Source: Podarcis bocagei
Taxonomy: Eukaryota
Length of the DNA stretch: 64,000 nucleotides
Direction: 5' to 3' (one strand)
NCBI GenBank assembly: GCA_964188305.1
Contig: OZ076890.1
Both the position numbers and the translations under genes were made by a program. Numbering within the stretch: the stretch's first letter is position 1; each line of letters opens with the position of its first letter. This document shows, in pieces, positions 48,546-62,574 of the stretch. The notes under the pieces are model-generated. The model saw only the letters and a program-made list of their open reading frames with translations, was not told where the DNA came from and ran no database searches.

Positions 48546-48650
48546 CTGTAAGTACATAATCGTAATGATTTACATTGTTCAGTTTCAGTCCTTCATATAG
48601 TTCATGAAGTTCATCTGAATTTAACACCTGCCCCTTCCAGTGATCATAAC
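48546..48650 (-). CDS. PDXK: PDXK exon 3 ([35 protein letters not shown])
   Basis: ctcag acceptor, gtaag donor, 105 nt. Confidence 0.95.
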
Positions 48651-51600
48651 CTGAGCAAAGAAACAGACCAAATAAAGTTACAGGTTGGATGGGTTAAGTA
48701 AGACTACACCTGGTGGTGTATCCTTCTGGAACTGGTCTGTACCTTTTTCTCATTTAGATTGCGCTAACCCTTGCTATGTCTGTGTGGGGAATTATCTCAG
48801 GTTTGGAGAATTGTGCAGCAGGTGGTGGCAGGTAAATTGACAGCTTGAGGAATGGATACCCATGAACACCCAGCTGGTACTACACATATTGAGGTCTGCA
48901 GAGCCACCTTTAGGCTGTGGCTACAAAGGTCATTTGCTCAAGACCTCTCCCCTGAGGGGATCCTTCATGGCCAGAGGATGTTCACACTAGGTATAGAATG
49001 TAATATAGACTGTGGGTGATTGGCAACCCAATCATTCCTGGTGATGAGGGGAGGAAGAGTGCTGCCTTCACTTTCTGATGGCGTCCACACTACTAGTCCA
49101 CCTCTACTCACCCAAAGACCCATAGCAGGCTGCAGTGTTCAGAAAGCCCTGTGGGGTAGATGGAATCAGGTCATAGGTCATATCTGACCTACAAGACAAA
49201 GGTTCCCCATCTAATGACACATATTTACATCCAGGCCTTTGGGGAAAACTGACGTGTTTCAAGTCAGTTATATTTATATTGTCTATTGATGACTGGTTTA
49301 TTGTTAATTTTGAATTCATGTCTGGTGTGTATTAGAGTGTTTTGTTAAATTAAATGTTACTGTTTTAATTTCATATACTGTAAACTGCCCAGGGATCTTA
49401 ACTGATGAAGGGCAGTTTAAAAATGGAATATTCAAATAATAAATAAAGCAATGGCAGTTACAGCCTGAACACTGGAAACAGAGGGAATGATTGACTCCAC
49501 AGCATCTCCAGCACAATAATCTCATTAAAACTGAAATTGTTGTGGCAGGTTTTGTAGAGGAATGAGTGAGAGCACTAAAACAAGATTAATCTAGTAATTT
49601 CTGACCCAATAAATGCATTTTCGAAAGGAAATAAATCAACATTAATAGTCCTGTTATTATTTTGTGAAAGCAACTGGGGTTTTCCAAATATAGAATTAGA
49701 GGAAAACCAATCACATTCCACAAGTGAAAGAACAAAAGGGTGTTCCTCAAGCCACCTGAGGCATGAAATCTACCATCTGGCTATATTAATTCCCCACATT
49801 AGCTTTGGTTAGGGAGTTCACCCACCTGCTTTCTCTGACCCCTTTTATAAACGTAATTGCATTTTGGCATCTGATGGTACAAAAGTTCAAAGATGAACAG
49901 AAGCGGTGCCAAGAACACTTTTGAATAAACTCTGAGAGGGAGGGAAATAGCCAAAGAGCATTCAAGGACACAGTGTCCCATTGTGACTGGCAGGAGGTAC
50001 TGGGCAAGCAGTAAATGGGTCAGCATACTATAATATGTTATCCTTGGAAACGAAGGTTCAAATTTCCACTCTTGTTCCTCCAAAAAAAGGGGGGGGGCAT
50101 TTTCCTTAATTCTCCAACACAGTTCTGCAAATTTATTAGCCTTGTTCAAATCAGAACTGGTACTGCAACAACAGGCATCGAGGATAGCTTTGCACATTAC
50201 TTTAAACCTCTCTACTCTATGGTCTTCTTGGGGCTTGGGTGCTGAGCTCCTGATCTGTTGTTATCCAATAAATACAACCATCCTGCCTCCTGCTGCCTCC
50301 GGGTATTAGGGTAGACCCGTTGCAAGGTTCCTCACACAGGATGCTACAGAGCCAAAACCCACAGGAGGCTACAGAGAATGTCTGAGTTAGCATCAGCATT
50401 CTGCAGCACGCCTGTGGGAAATGTTTGGCTGGAAGCATGTGCTTAAGCCGTATTCAGGAGTGAGAATTCCTGTGGTGAGAAATCCTGTTTGGATCCCAGT
50501 CCAACTGCATCCCCGAATGTGAAATTAAACAATGCACCTGAGTTTACAACACACACCTGTTTTGCTTTTCAAGCATAGGAAGCAAACCAAATGAGTCCTT
50601 TATATGCATGCTAATAACAAGCCTGCCAAACTGTTAAGAGCAGGCCAGAAGCCTATCAGGGTCTATTTCCTCCCCCTTCCCCCAAAACATTTATATTCGT
50701 ACACATGAGAGAGAGCGTGACAAACTGAAACTGTCTCCCCCTTTCCCCCCTTTCTTCTTCTTTTAAAAAAAGAGCATCTACGTAGGCTGTGTGACAAGCT
50801 CCTTTTATTCGAGCGTGAAGCACAATGTCGTTTGGAGGTGAGTCACTCACTCTAATCATACAGTAAATACTCCTCGCCAGGCAACTTAGCCAACAGAGCT
50901 CCCTCAGGGCTCCAGCTTAAAATGCTCTCTCTATATCAGGAGGATTAAAAGAAGGATATTCTTGAGCATCACAAATAGCATATCAACATCTTCCTTTTCG
51001 TTAATGTAAGGAACAGAGTGATTCAGAAAAAAAACAAGTGTCCATCGGAAGATGTTTTAATATATGCTCCTTATCTCTCTCCTCCCTCCCTCGCCAATAT
51101 CAGGAAGTCAAATTTTTTGAAGGAACCATGAAGTCTATGTATGGGCAGGTGCTTATAGTGACAGATGACAGTGTCAATTTGCCACTGGGTAGCCTCAGAC
51201 AAATTACTACCAACCTTAGTACCTCTTAGCATTCTTGTGGGGATAAAAAAAAAGCTACCTCTACAGATGCTAGCCCAGGCTCCTTGGAGGAGAACAAAGG
51301 AGGAAACATAATATATACACAAACAAACAATCTAAGCATTTGATTGTCAAATCCTTCATCACTGGAGAGATAAGGGGCTGTTGTTTCCAAAACTTTTAGA
51401 AGCAAAGTAGTTTCCCCTTAAAACATGTGTTTTTTTAATGGCCGCTGGAAAAGGAGGAAGAAAGATTTGACCCACTGTGTGAAGCAGCGGCAGAACGTGC
51501 TTTAATGGCACCTGGGGCACACACGCTGGGAGGGCGGGGATCGGAGGGTGAAAGGAGCACACCGCACGCCAGCCCAGCCTTCGCTGCCAACACTGCCACA

Positions 51601-52169
51601 GCAACACCAGACCCAAGCTCCTTTGCAAGGCTGAAATGATCAGACTCAGATGAAAATCTGATGCAAGAGCCTGTTCTTTATGCTCCTTTGATATTGCATA
51701 AAGGTGGATCCTCTCAATACCAACAAATAAAGAGAGGTAACACAATCCTAACCTTGCCTAGGGGACCATCAGAGCAGTAGAGCCACCACCACATCCGAAG
51801 CCTTGTTGGCTCTTGTTGGTCTGGGTGGAAGGTGAGAGGCGGTTTCCTTGTTGTTGTTGATGATGTTGTTGTTTTGCAGCACCAATTCCAGGCTGGCACA
51901 ACAGAGAAGATCCATCTGACAATGGACCAGCATAGGAATCAGTGGATTTCTGTTCGAGTCCAGCTCTATCCCTGAAATGCCCTGTTTGGGGGCCTGACGC
52001 TGACTACTGTTAAAACACCAGCTGTAACCACCCATCCATTCAGGTCTCCACAGCAGCAAGAGAGAGACCAGCACAGAGACCAAATCTAATTCCTCCTTAA
52101 GTCATCAACATTGGGCAGTTGGGAATGGTCCCTGAGTGTTCTGTATTCTTAACATTTATTTAGGATTAT

Positions 52170-53290
52170 ACATAAGAATGCCAGAGGAACCTGCTTGACC
52201 GGGTCAGAGGCCCATCTAATCCAACAACATGCTCTCACAGTAGATTTCATATGTGCCTACAGTAGGTTTGGGGAACCTTTGGTCCTCCAGATGTTGCAGA
52301 ATTACATCCCAGCGAGAATGGCCAATAGCCAGGGATGATGGAAGTTGCAGTTTTCAACATCTGGCAGGTCAAAAGCTTCCCTATCTGGCCTCTAGGAAGT
52401 AGGCCCTGAGACCAGCAGCACTTTCTCCACCTACAATTTCCAACAATGGTATTCAGACATGCTGTCACCCTCTTTACAATCATCCAAGTTAGTGGCCATC
52501 ACTACCTCTTGTGAGAGAGAATTCCATAACACTTTCTTTTGTCTGCCCTGAATCTTCCAACATTTCTACTTCTAGCATTATTAGATATGGAGAAAACCTT
52601 TTTGCTATCCACTTTCTCCACACCATGTCTAATCCTATACAACTCTCTCATGTCCCACCCCCGCCTTATTCATATTTTTTTCTAAACTAAAAAGTCCCAA
52701 ATTCTGTAATCTTCAGTCCAACCCCTTAATCATTTTAGTTGCCTTTTAATGCACCATTTCCTGCTCCACAATAGGAGTTTTGAGGTGAGGCAACCAGCAC
52801 TGTACACAGTATTCCAAGTGTAATCACACCATAGATTTGTATAATGGCATTATGATGTTGGCTTATTTTCATTTCCTGTCCTAATGATCCCTTGCATGGA
52901 CCCCTAGCAGCTGCCACACTTGGTCAACATCTTCACTGAGCTATTCACTTTGACCCAAAGTTCTTATTCCTGGTGAGTCACCACAAGTTCAGATTCCATG
53001 CATGTATATGTTAGAATTAAGATTCCCCCCCAACAATGTGTATCTCTTTACACTTGCTTACCACTGAATTGCATTTGCCATTTTATCACCCACTGACTCA
53101 GTTCAGAGAGATCCTTTTGGAGCTCTTTGTAATCACTTTTAACTACCCTGAACAATTTGGTACCATCAGCAAACTTGGCTACCTCTCTGCTCATCTCCAA
53201 CTCTAAATCATTTATGATCAAGTTAAAAAGCACAGGTCCCAATACTGATCCTTGGGAGACTCCACTTTCTGCATCCCTTCATTGGGAAAA
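52170..53290 (-). mobile_element. Degenerate CR1 fragment with a nested palindromic MITE (~52260-52385)
   Basis: ORF 53048..53242 GPVLFNLIINDL..KFADGTKL (RT core); CR1-type 3'UTR near 52170. Confidence 0.8.
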
Positions 53291-53351
53291 TCCATCCCCT
53301 TTTCCATAAACTAAAAGCATCTCAAGAGAATAGATATATGTATATACTTAC

Positions 53352-53406
53352 CTGTATGATTTGAAAACTGGACAGAGTTCACAGTATCTATTTCAAAGCC
53401 CAAAAC
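53352..53406 (-). CDS. PDXK: PDXK exon 2 ([18 protein letters not shown])
   Basis: ttttttgcag acceptor, gtaagt donor, 55 nt. Confidence 0.95.
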
Positions 53407-56400
53407 CTGCAAAAAACCAAATAATACTTATAAACAAAATTCCTCCTTATTCTAGGGCAGCAACATATTTCTGTGGCCCACTATGCATTTACTAAAAGCT
53501 GGGTAATTAAGCAAACCCATAAACAATAAAACGCTTCTGCTGGAAGTCACCCTTCTTCTGCCAACACACGCAGTTGAAAGATACTGATGAATAAACTAAA
53601 ATAGAAGGTAAACAGGGCAAACCTGTAAAGACAATATTACAGCAATAATAAGGACAGGAAGAGAAAAAGGTAGAAAATATGAATGTGCAGTTCTCAGGAT
53701 CCCAAGGCCTAAAAGGGGAAACTCTTGGATGATGAGGGAAGGTTGTTTACAGAAACATTACTATTTTGTAAGAGTGCAAAATCTAATAAACAGCATTCCT
53801 TTGCAGTGACTATATTTGATATTGCACAGAATTATGACGCAACATGCAAAAAACCCCTCCCCGAAAACAGCCAAGCCTGGGAGGGAGGAGCGGGTGAGAT
53901 GGATATGTGTATGGTGTTGTAGCAAAGAGGTAAATGACTCTTTGCAGTAGCAATAGAGATAACAGTAAATACCGTATATATTTATCTGATATTTCAAGGC
54001 ATGCTACATTTCCATCCATTGCTTAAGTCTTAGGCTGCAAATATGATGGAAACATCTGACATTTAATATATTTGCTCTCAAACCTCTCTTGGTAGGAATA
54101 AAATAGTCTTCAAAATAAAAGCTACTATATACAGCAGAGTGAGTCACAGGGAGACAATAGTAATAGTGCAGAAATCGTGTATGATCCATTTTCAAGCAAT
54201 TTGCTGGCAGTTTAATTGAAGCTTTGCTAGTCATGCAGTACACTGGGGGACATTGTGTCTTCCTTGACATGACAGGGTAGCCCCTTCACGTAAATTTAAG
54301 CCACATAACTAGGCTATGCCATACTAAAGTAAGGCTCATATCAGATTCACTTACAAAATATCAGCAGATTGCAATGTCTTTTTTTCTGTGGCCCAGGGAA
54401 GTGTACAGATTGGATGAATCTGCACCAACCACTGATAAAGCTGGCTTCTTGGTTCTTTGCAACCACAGCTGCATTAACTTTAAAATATAGGGATGGCAGT
54501 TTATTAAGAGCCCTCATGCCACTCCAATAATTTGCTCTCACACAGGCAGCTGTGTGAATCTGGCTGCCCAAGATATCCATGCACACATATCCTGACATCA
54601 TCTATAGTAAGGTATACAACCCCCTGGATACTTCCCAGCAAAGGAAAACTAATGTGAACTGCTATTACTGCAGGAAAACACAGAACCATAGAGCTGGAAG
54701 AGATTTGTTTGTGTACTGGCCACAACAGTCTTCAAAATGAGACTATTGCAATGCATTTGACGTCTGAAGACTACACTGGTATAGAACAAGGCAGCTAATT
54801 GGTACTAGCCACAGGGAACATCTCACCAGTGTTAAAATAGCTCCACTGGCGTCCTATTTGTTTGCAACCAATATGAAAGTGCTGATTTGATAACCTCTAA
54901 GAGACCGTTATAGCTTGGGACCTGGATATCTGAAGGACCACCTATTCCCATACAAACTTTAAATCGATAGGTAGGTAGATAATATTTATTAATGTCCAAC
55001 ACTTAATAAAAAATACTGGTAGGTTGAGACAAAATGGCACTTGGAGAAAGGCTGTTTTTGAGCTCTGTGGTTTATTGTATCTTATTTTATTTTAAAGTTT
55101 ATTTGTTTTAATAAACAAATAAACACGAGGGGAGCTACAGCCCAAAAGTATCTGGAGTGCAGCATGCTGGCACCTGTGATCTAGGATAAAATCAATCACA
55201 CTTAACATTAATTGTGACATATCTGGACTTTTCCTAGATCAGGGCCCAAGTTAGTACAGCTTTCCTAATTGATTGTTTTTAAAAATGCAGTATTAAAAGT
55301 TACTGGTGTTAACATTTTTTAAGCTCCTTGTGTGACCAACGTTAGTATAGCTCCTTTACTAGTGAAATCTCATTGTGAGCAATTAGAATAATGTAAGTCA
55401 GCTGAAAGCCTGAGTGGAATAAGCAAGCACTTATGAAACTGGATCCATATGGTCATTTCACACAGTTTAATTGAAGAAGAAAGAATTCAAGCTGGTAACC
55501 ATTTGTCACGGTTCACTAAAGCAAGCAGTAGCTATAGTTATTGCCTGATAAATGCAGTGAAGGCCACCTCAAAATCACCACTGATTGCCTCATAGACCGT
55601 TGCGATGTGATGAATGCCCTTTAGCCAGGTACTGAATATTTCACTTGTCACTTACACATGCACTCAAAACTTTATGCACTTTTGAAGTCTATGTGCTCCA
55701 TACGGTATAGGAAGATGTGTGTGTTTTATATAATTCCATGCAAGCTTTCTTTCTTCAAGGACCATTTGAAATTCAACCAATATGTGTCTGTCTGTCTGTC
55801 TCTCTATCTCTTCAACTTAAGAACAGCGGAGACAATGAAAGTGAAAGTGCTGAGGAAATAATTGCAGAGCCAAAATAATAAAGAACTCTAAAAGATAAAA
55901 CATTTCCATAGTAGCTCCTTAAAATTCTAACTCCATCTTAAAGACAAGCTGGCCACCACCAAAGGGGGGGGGGGAACACCACTCTACTTTGCAGTGAATT
56001 ATTGCTTTGATTAAATAGTCATTAGAAACAAGAAGAATGCATTACTGCGATTTCTAATAGATACAGATAGCCAAACAAGTAAGCCACAGCGTTTACTGGT
56101 TGTACAACAGCAGGTTTAAATTGCCTCGTATATCAGTGTCTGAATGCAATCCAAAAGGTTTGTAACTATAGAGAAAGCCTATACACAAGCCCAAGTCTAT
56201 ACAAGCCAGGATCCATCTCCACTACCCATCTCATGAGTACAGGGGTAATGCATCGCATTTCGCCGCCTGAGGCAAAACCGGAAGTGCCACCCTGCTGCCG
56301 CCACTACCACCATACCTGCTGCTGCTGCCACCACTGCCTACACTCCCGGCTTTGCTGCCATGTGCCCTGCTGCACTGGTCACTGGCAGAGAAGAGTTGCC

Positions 56401-56518
56401 GCCATCAGCGCCCTGCAATCCTTGGATGAAGGGTGGTATAGAAATTTAATAAATAAATAAAACATTTTGGCCTAGTCCCCCTTCATATTCCCAATTCCAA
56501 TAACTGAACTCAGTGATC

Positions 56519-56688
56519 CAGCTTATACAGAGTCAAAACATTAGTCCATCTAGCTCAGTATTGTTTACAATGACTGTGAGTAGCATTCCAAGGTTTCAAA
56601 CGGGAGTTTCTCCCAGCCATGTCAGGGACTGAATCTGTGATCTTTTGCTTGTGAAACATGAAACTTTTTACTAAGCAACAGCTTTTCC
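56519..56688 (-). mobile_element. Degenerate Squam3-like SINE
   Basis: Reverse complement of the body seen at 9025-9200 (GTCCATCTAGCTCAGTATTGT). Confidence 0.65.
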
Positions 56689-57617
56689 GTAGTACAACTT
56701 GTATGGAGGGGAGAAGAGAATGGCTGATTGGAAGACTGGGAAGGTAATCAGATCTGCTTTTGATGGGGAGCCCTGAGCAAAAGGAATTATTTTCTTCATT
56801 TCAAAATTATTGTTACAAGCCACCTATTCTGACATCCACCCTGTGTAATAATTGGATAATACTATCATACTACCAAGCATGGGTTTATTGTGGTCTGTTT
56901 CTGATAGCTGGAGGTTTTAGTTTTCCCAACAGGACTCACGTGACTAGATCACATATCTTTTGACAGAATTGTTCAGAAAATTACATACCCATTTTTAAAC
57001 GTTCATCCATTGCAGGATCGTGACACAGCATAGCTCCTCTACTGGAACATTCCAAAGTTCTCAAAGTGTTCCAATACACGTCACCAAATTAGGAACAGTA
57101 TTTAAGAGAGTGCATCTGAACAAATACGCCTGTCTTCAGTTTATCAGGATAGCAGCTTAGTTGTTAATTTCCAGACAGAAACTACAAAATACAATTAGAC
57201 GGCTTTGTGCAAGGCAGTTTTACATAAATCATTGGCGTTCCAAGTGTTGTCCTGCGGGCAAGGTTTTTCTTTAGAAGCCTAAAATTTTATAGTAAATCAC
57301 TCAAACCATTTGAAAGTTATTGTGCTTTAAAAGCAACAATGGTTTCAGATACAGGAGATTTCTTTCTTTCTTATTAAGTTGCGCATCTCAATATGTGAAC
57401 TTTTTTCTTCTTCAGATTAAGCAGCTGTCAAGTAGGATTAACAATGCATTCTGAGATTACTGAGTCTCATATCTTCAGCCAGAACTTTTTCTTCTGTATA
57501 CTCTCCCCCACCCCCAGCTTTGGTTGCCACCTCCCCTCCCCCACGCCACAGCAGCCTTTCTTTCGGCTGCAGCAGAATTTGCTGAAACTGTGTGTGTAGA
57601 ATTTTGTTACTATTGGC

Positions 57618-57753
57618 CAGGCATACGCAAACTCGGCCCTCCAGGTGTTTTGAGACTACAATTCCCATCATCCCTGATCACTGGTCCTATTAGCTAGGGA
57701 TGATGGGAGTTGTAGTCCCAAAACATCTGGAGGGCTGAGTTTGCCTATGCCTG
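57618..57753. mobile_element. Palindromic hAT-type MITE without a matching TSD
   Basis: Same family; flanks are CTATTGGC and ACCTAGAA. Confidence 0.88.
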
Positions 57754-60524
57754 ACCTAGAACATACCTAGCTAGATCAAACTTGCATGGTGCTTTCTAAA
57801 GGATAAAACATATTGCTTTGAATTCAAATCCAAAACAAAAAGAAAACACCATTAATTCATTCTCTATGCTGACTTTATTTTAACCAAAAGAAGTCGCTGA
57901 AATAATTGTTATTTTTGTCATTGTTGTAACTAGTCTAATCACTCCTGCATTCAAATTAAACACTCACATGCCATTTTTTTCTTCCTTTAAATCTACAACA
58001 ATCTTAATTACAAGCTGATTGTGGTACAAGTCAAGTAGTGTTACGTCCAACAGAAATTGAGGGAAAGTAAAAAAAGAACGTATTGTGATTTTCACAGCTG
58101 TTTTACGAAGATCCTCCACTCTAAACAAGAAAAAAAAACTATAAACTGAACACAAGAAGAAAGACACCTGGATCAAATTCAATGAGGTTGTGCAAGATCA
58201 ATGGAGGGCAGAATTTGGCTAGCAAATACTTGTGCTGTGACATCAAAGAGAAACTCATTCAGAGAAGATGCACAAGCTGTATTTAAATGCTGCAGTGTAA
58301 ATGTAAAACAATTTGTGTATCTGCTTATCTACTATTAAGATAGATTGAGGTGGCCACTTTAGACCACTGAATTTAGGTATCAAGGGTTCTATGAACATTG
58401 GGCTGGCCCTGCAGTAGATCAAAACATATGCCAAGTTCTGGGAAAAGTTGGGATTGAGTTTGTGAGGGGTCTCTAATTATCATATATATATTTGTGGGGG
58501 GCATGACTCATTCTGGGAAATTCTAGCCTAAGGGAGGGAGAGAATTACTATTAAAAATATTGCTTAAAAGAAATACATTTACAATACTCAAAAGCTATGT
58601 TAGAAAACTACCTTTATTTATCTTAGATCATTCAAAATATCACAAAATAGTGTGCAAGCTTTCAGAATCTCTACTATTCTCCTCTTTTGAATTCTCAAAA
58701 AAAAAAAAAAAAAAGCAAGCTTGCTGCTACCTCAATATTATGAATTTTTTCTATAGGTCAACATGACTGCTGTTACGTTTTGTAAAACTGAGTTCCCCTC
58801 AGATAAAGCTGCTTTAAAAATGCAGCGTAATCTCAGAGTAGAACATAATGGCCAGCATAGGTCAACCAATCATAAATTGGTCCTACTCAATTTGTATCTC
58901 TTGTTCTCTTATTATTTAGCACTGCACATCAAGCTTATATAATGGGACGACATAGTTTAGCTGTATTTGAAAGAAATGAATACAGTGAGGTACCAAAATC
59001 TCATTAAGATTTTGGAGATATATTCCTGGGGCAATAATGCAATACAGTGGGTAGGCAATTGACTTAAAGATAAGGAACAAAGCAACAATAATGCATCGCC
59101 CTGGCAAGAGGCATTGAGTTAGCTATTTCAGGGTGTAAGAGTGGAAACAATGCTGATTCATGTATTCTATTATGACCCTGAAGAGGTCATGATTGTCCAA
59201 AGTAGGAGTTCACATTTAACTCTCAACAGTTTTACTTTATGCAATTTTGAGAATTTATAAAACCAGCAGCAAATGATGACTATTGTGTATAAATCTATGG
59301 CTTGTCGTGAAAACAGAAAATAAACTCTTGTAGTTAATGTGGACCAATGAAGTCAATGACCAGTATCCAACAAACTGTACAGTTAGTTCCATGAGCCCAA
59401 GGAAGGGCTCAGACTTGTTCTTCTTTAACAGTGTGTTCCCCCACTCCCGGAAGATACATGGCAAATAGCTTTTAAAATGAAGAGACCTTTACAAACTGTG
59501 CTTAGCCTGTGTGTCTGCTGTTCAAAGAACAAAGGGCCCAAGTTCTCAGTCTTATGCTTCCAAGCATTGGAACTCAAGACGTCAATCATTTAGCTGCACT
59601 GTCAACTGCAATATTCTAGCAAACGTTAATGAAACTCTTGGGGAAAGTATGCATAATTCCTGCACCCCCTTTTCAAAGTATGTCTAAGAGACCTGCCTTT
59701 GTACCTTCAGGACCAAATATTTGAACCTAGACCAAACCGCGCAGCTTCAAAATTCATGCAATGAGAAAGGGATCAGGAAGCCCTCTGGTGAGAGCCCACT
59801 GACTCATCTTGCTGCTAAGCCACAGAGGTGTGAAGGAGGACCTGCTGGCACTCTGCTTCCGGGCATGGAAACAGAGCTTGGTGCAGCACTTTTGATCCCT
59901 CCCTTCTCAGTGACTCTTGGGGGGGGGGGGAGGTTGAGAATCCAAATTCTGTTGATTTTTTGTGTGGAAAAAATACATATACATGTTATAAGAATTGTAA
60001 GGTCTCAAAGATAGAATATTCATAAATGCACACATATCTAAATATATAAACCATGTGTCTGAAATAGTATGGGAGAGCAATCCTGAAGCCATTTTGACTC
60101 TCCCAAGGACCTCAAATATTCCTCTGCAGTAAGGGAGGCAAATGGGGAAAGCCTTCCCATTGTCTTTTTGCTTGTAAATCCTGTCTTTAAGGGTGCATTT
60201 GTGTATGAATAGGGTGAGCCTGTGGCCTGGATTCAGGAACTAAAGTATTAACCATCACAAAAGAATGGCCAGACTGCCCAGGTAATGCAATCAGTGACCA
60301 TTATCAGATATCCTGGCCGACAGGATTTCTCTGTAGACTGCCTCCTTCTGTGATGTATGTATGATGTTTTGTGGGGGCTACAGGGTGGGCAATTTCAGGA
60401 GTCTTCAGGTTCTCCTTCCCTCCCTCCTCCATGTGGTGAGTGGAGATCCTGTTACAACAGTTTATTTTCCTTTTCCTTTAATAAAGATCAGGCTTACCTA
60501 CTAGCCACTTTGCTTCTCAATATA

Positions 60525-60675
60525 CCATACTTTTCCGTGTGTAAGACTAGGTTTTTAAAAACCCAAAAATAGGTTTAAAATTGGGGCTCATCTTATACAC
60601 GGGTAGTGATGAGGGGTGTTTTCTTAATTTGGAGTCCCCCAAAATAAGGGGCGTCTTTTACATGGAAAAATATGG
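60525..60675. mobile_element. Short degenerate Tc2-type MITE
   Basis: TA|CCATACTTTTCCGTGT ... ACATGGAAAAATATGG|TA. Confidence 0.7.
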
Positions 60676-61582
60676 TACTCTGGTAGGCCTCTGCTAAAGA
60701 TAATCTCATTCACATAGTCAGAAAACATCCTGAAATGTGTATCTGGAAGTTGGGCACATGGAAAAAGGCCACAACCCTTGAAAGACAATATTCTGTACTG
60801 CAGACCACAGCATGGTTGTGCTGTGCTGACAGGTGCAAAACCTGAGGCTAAAGTTTAAGGAGCAAAGCCAGCATGCACTTCTGAATTCTGAGGGTTATGT
60901 GCCTAGCCCTTCATTTGGATCAAGGATGCTGTTATGAAAACAGCAGATGTTCTTCCAACTGAAATTAGAAATGTGTTACTACAGGCTTCTAACTGAGAGA
61001 AAACAAATGTGTCACACTCCAAGTAAAGTTTTCACTTGGATTTTTAAGAATTTGATTACTACTTTGTGGAGTGCAACTCACTATTTATTTGCACTTAAGT
61101 GAGAAAGCAACCAGCTGAAATTAACTCTGGTGCCCTAACAACAAAGGGCAGCTTTGAACCCCTGATGTAGAGATAGAGAACTTTGTTTGTTATGTCAGTT
61201 TGGCTTTGCTGTTTCTTCTAGTGCTCTGTACAGACACCCTATCTGCCCCGTGGCCCTCGTTTGTGGCCCCTGGATCGCTCCAATTTTGGCCTGTGCTGCC
61301 ATAGCAGCCACCCAACTCATATTCATCCCTGAGGCAATTTGGCAGTGCAAATTGTGAAGAGGCAGCCACCTGGTAGGTCCCCTCCTTTTTATGGTTTCCC
61401 CTTTTTCTTGCTCATGTTTGCTCATGTCTACTTGCCGCTGGACATTCCTGCTGGACAAAAGTCCCAGGTGGCTCTAGGCCACTCAACCTAACCTGTAGCA
61501 ATCAAGGGCTGTTACAACCCAACTCAAACGAGACCTCTGAATAGGTCCAATTAGGTCTCAACCAAATCCAGTGCACAGATCT

Positions 61583-61956
61583 GTTGTTGTTGTTTAGTCA
61601 TGTCTGACTCTTCGTGACTCCATGGACCAGAGCACGCCAGGCACTCCTGTCTTCCACTGCCTCCCGCAGTTTGGTCAAACTCATGCTGGTAGCTTTGAGA
61701 ACACTATCCAACCATCTCGTCCTCTGTCGTCCCCTTCTCCTTGTCCCCTCCATCTTTCCCAACATCAGTGTCTTTTCCAAGGAGTCTTCTCTTCTCATGA
61801 GGTGGCCAAAGTATTGGAGTCTCAGCTTCAGGATCTGTCCTTCCAGCGAGCACTCAGGGCTGATTTCCTTGGGAAATGGGACTCTCAAGAGTCTCCTCCA
61901 GCACCATAATCCCAAAGCATCAATTATTTGGCGATCAGCCTTCTTTATGGTCCACC
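61583..61956 (-). mobile_element. BovB (RTE) LINE 3' fragment
   Basis: LWCWRRLLRVP, YFGHLMRREDSLEKTLMLGK, AWRALVHGVTKS; (CAA)n tail; 11-bp TSD TGCACAGATCT at 61572-61582 and 61957-61967. Confidence 0.92.
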
Positions 61957-62574
61957 TGCACAGATCTAGTTTCTACAAAGGGCCCCTCCAAACTGGAGTG
62001 TGTTTTGTGGGTGTATTCTGCAACCTGTCAGTGACTCAATAATAATCCATTAGTAGTGGATTTATACTAAACTATCCACACATCATTCCAGTTTATTAGT
62101 TGTTCTATGATGCTTCCGCATTATTGCTATCTGGAGGGGCACCACTGATCTAATAGTGCAACAACCCTCTATAACATTGTGGCATGAAGTTAGAGGATTT
62201 CAGCATGAAATCCCTTCTAACTCTACCACTCTATGACATGCACCAACTGGAAACAAAGCAGTATGTCTGTTTCAAAGGTTTTACAGGCACAAACGTTATT
62301 TAAAGTAGGTCATGAACAACCAGCCCAATACCATCATGAGCACAAATCATCCTGAATGCAAGTAAAGAGGATGGCTGGAAGAGTCCCAAGTGCTTTTCAT
62401 TTTCTAACCTTTATTTATCCTTTTATCAACTCTGTGAAACAGAATTGGCTGAGGCAACAGTTCAGCCAAAGAGTTTCATGGCTGAATGGTGATTTCAACA
62501 AAGATTGCACACCCATTTAATCCCAACTATGCACACTGTCCACTGCATAATAAATGAAATCTGTAGTTCCCAGG

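Larger units (their letters stand above)
33141..53406 (-). other. PDXK: PDXK (pyridoxal kinase) gene body, exons 2-11; exon 1 not in window
   Basis: Ten GT-AG exons (55,105,84,47,86,46,112,137,67,113 nt = 852 nt) splice in phase into a protein matching vertebrate PDXK, with [14 protein letters not shown] and catalytic GTGD motifs. Confidence 0.97.
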
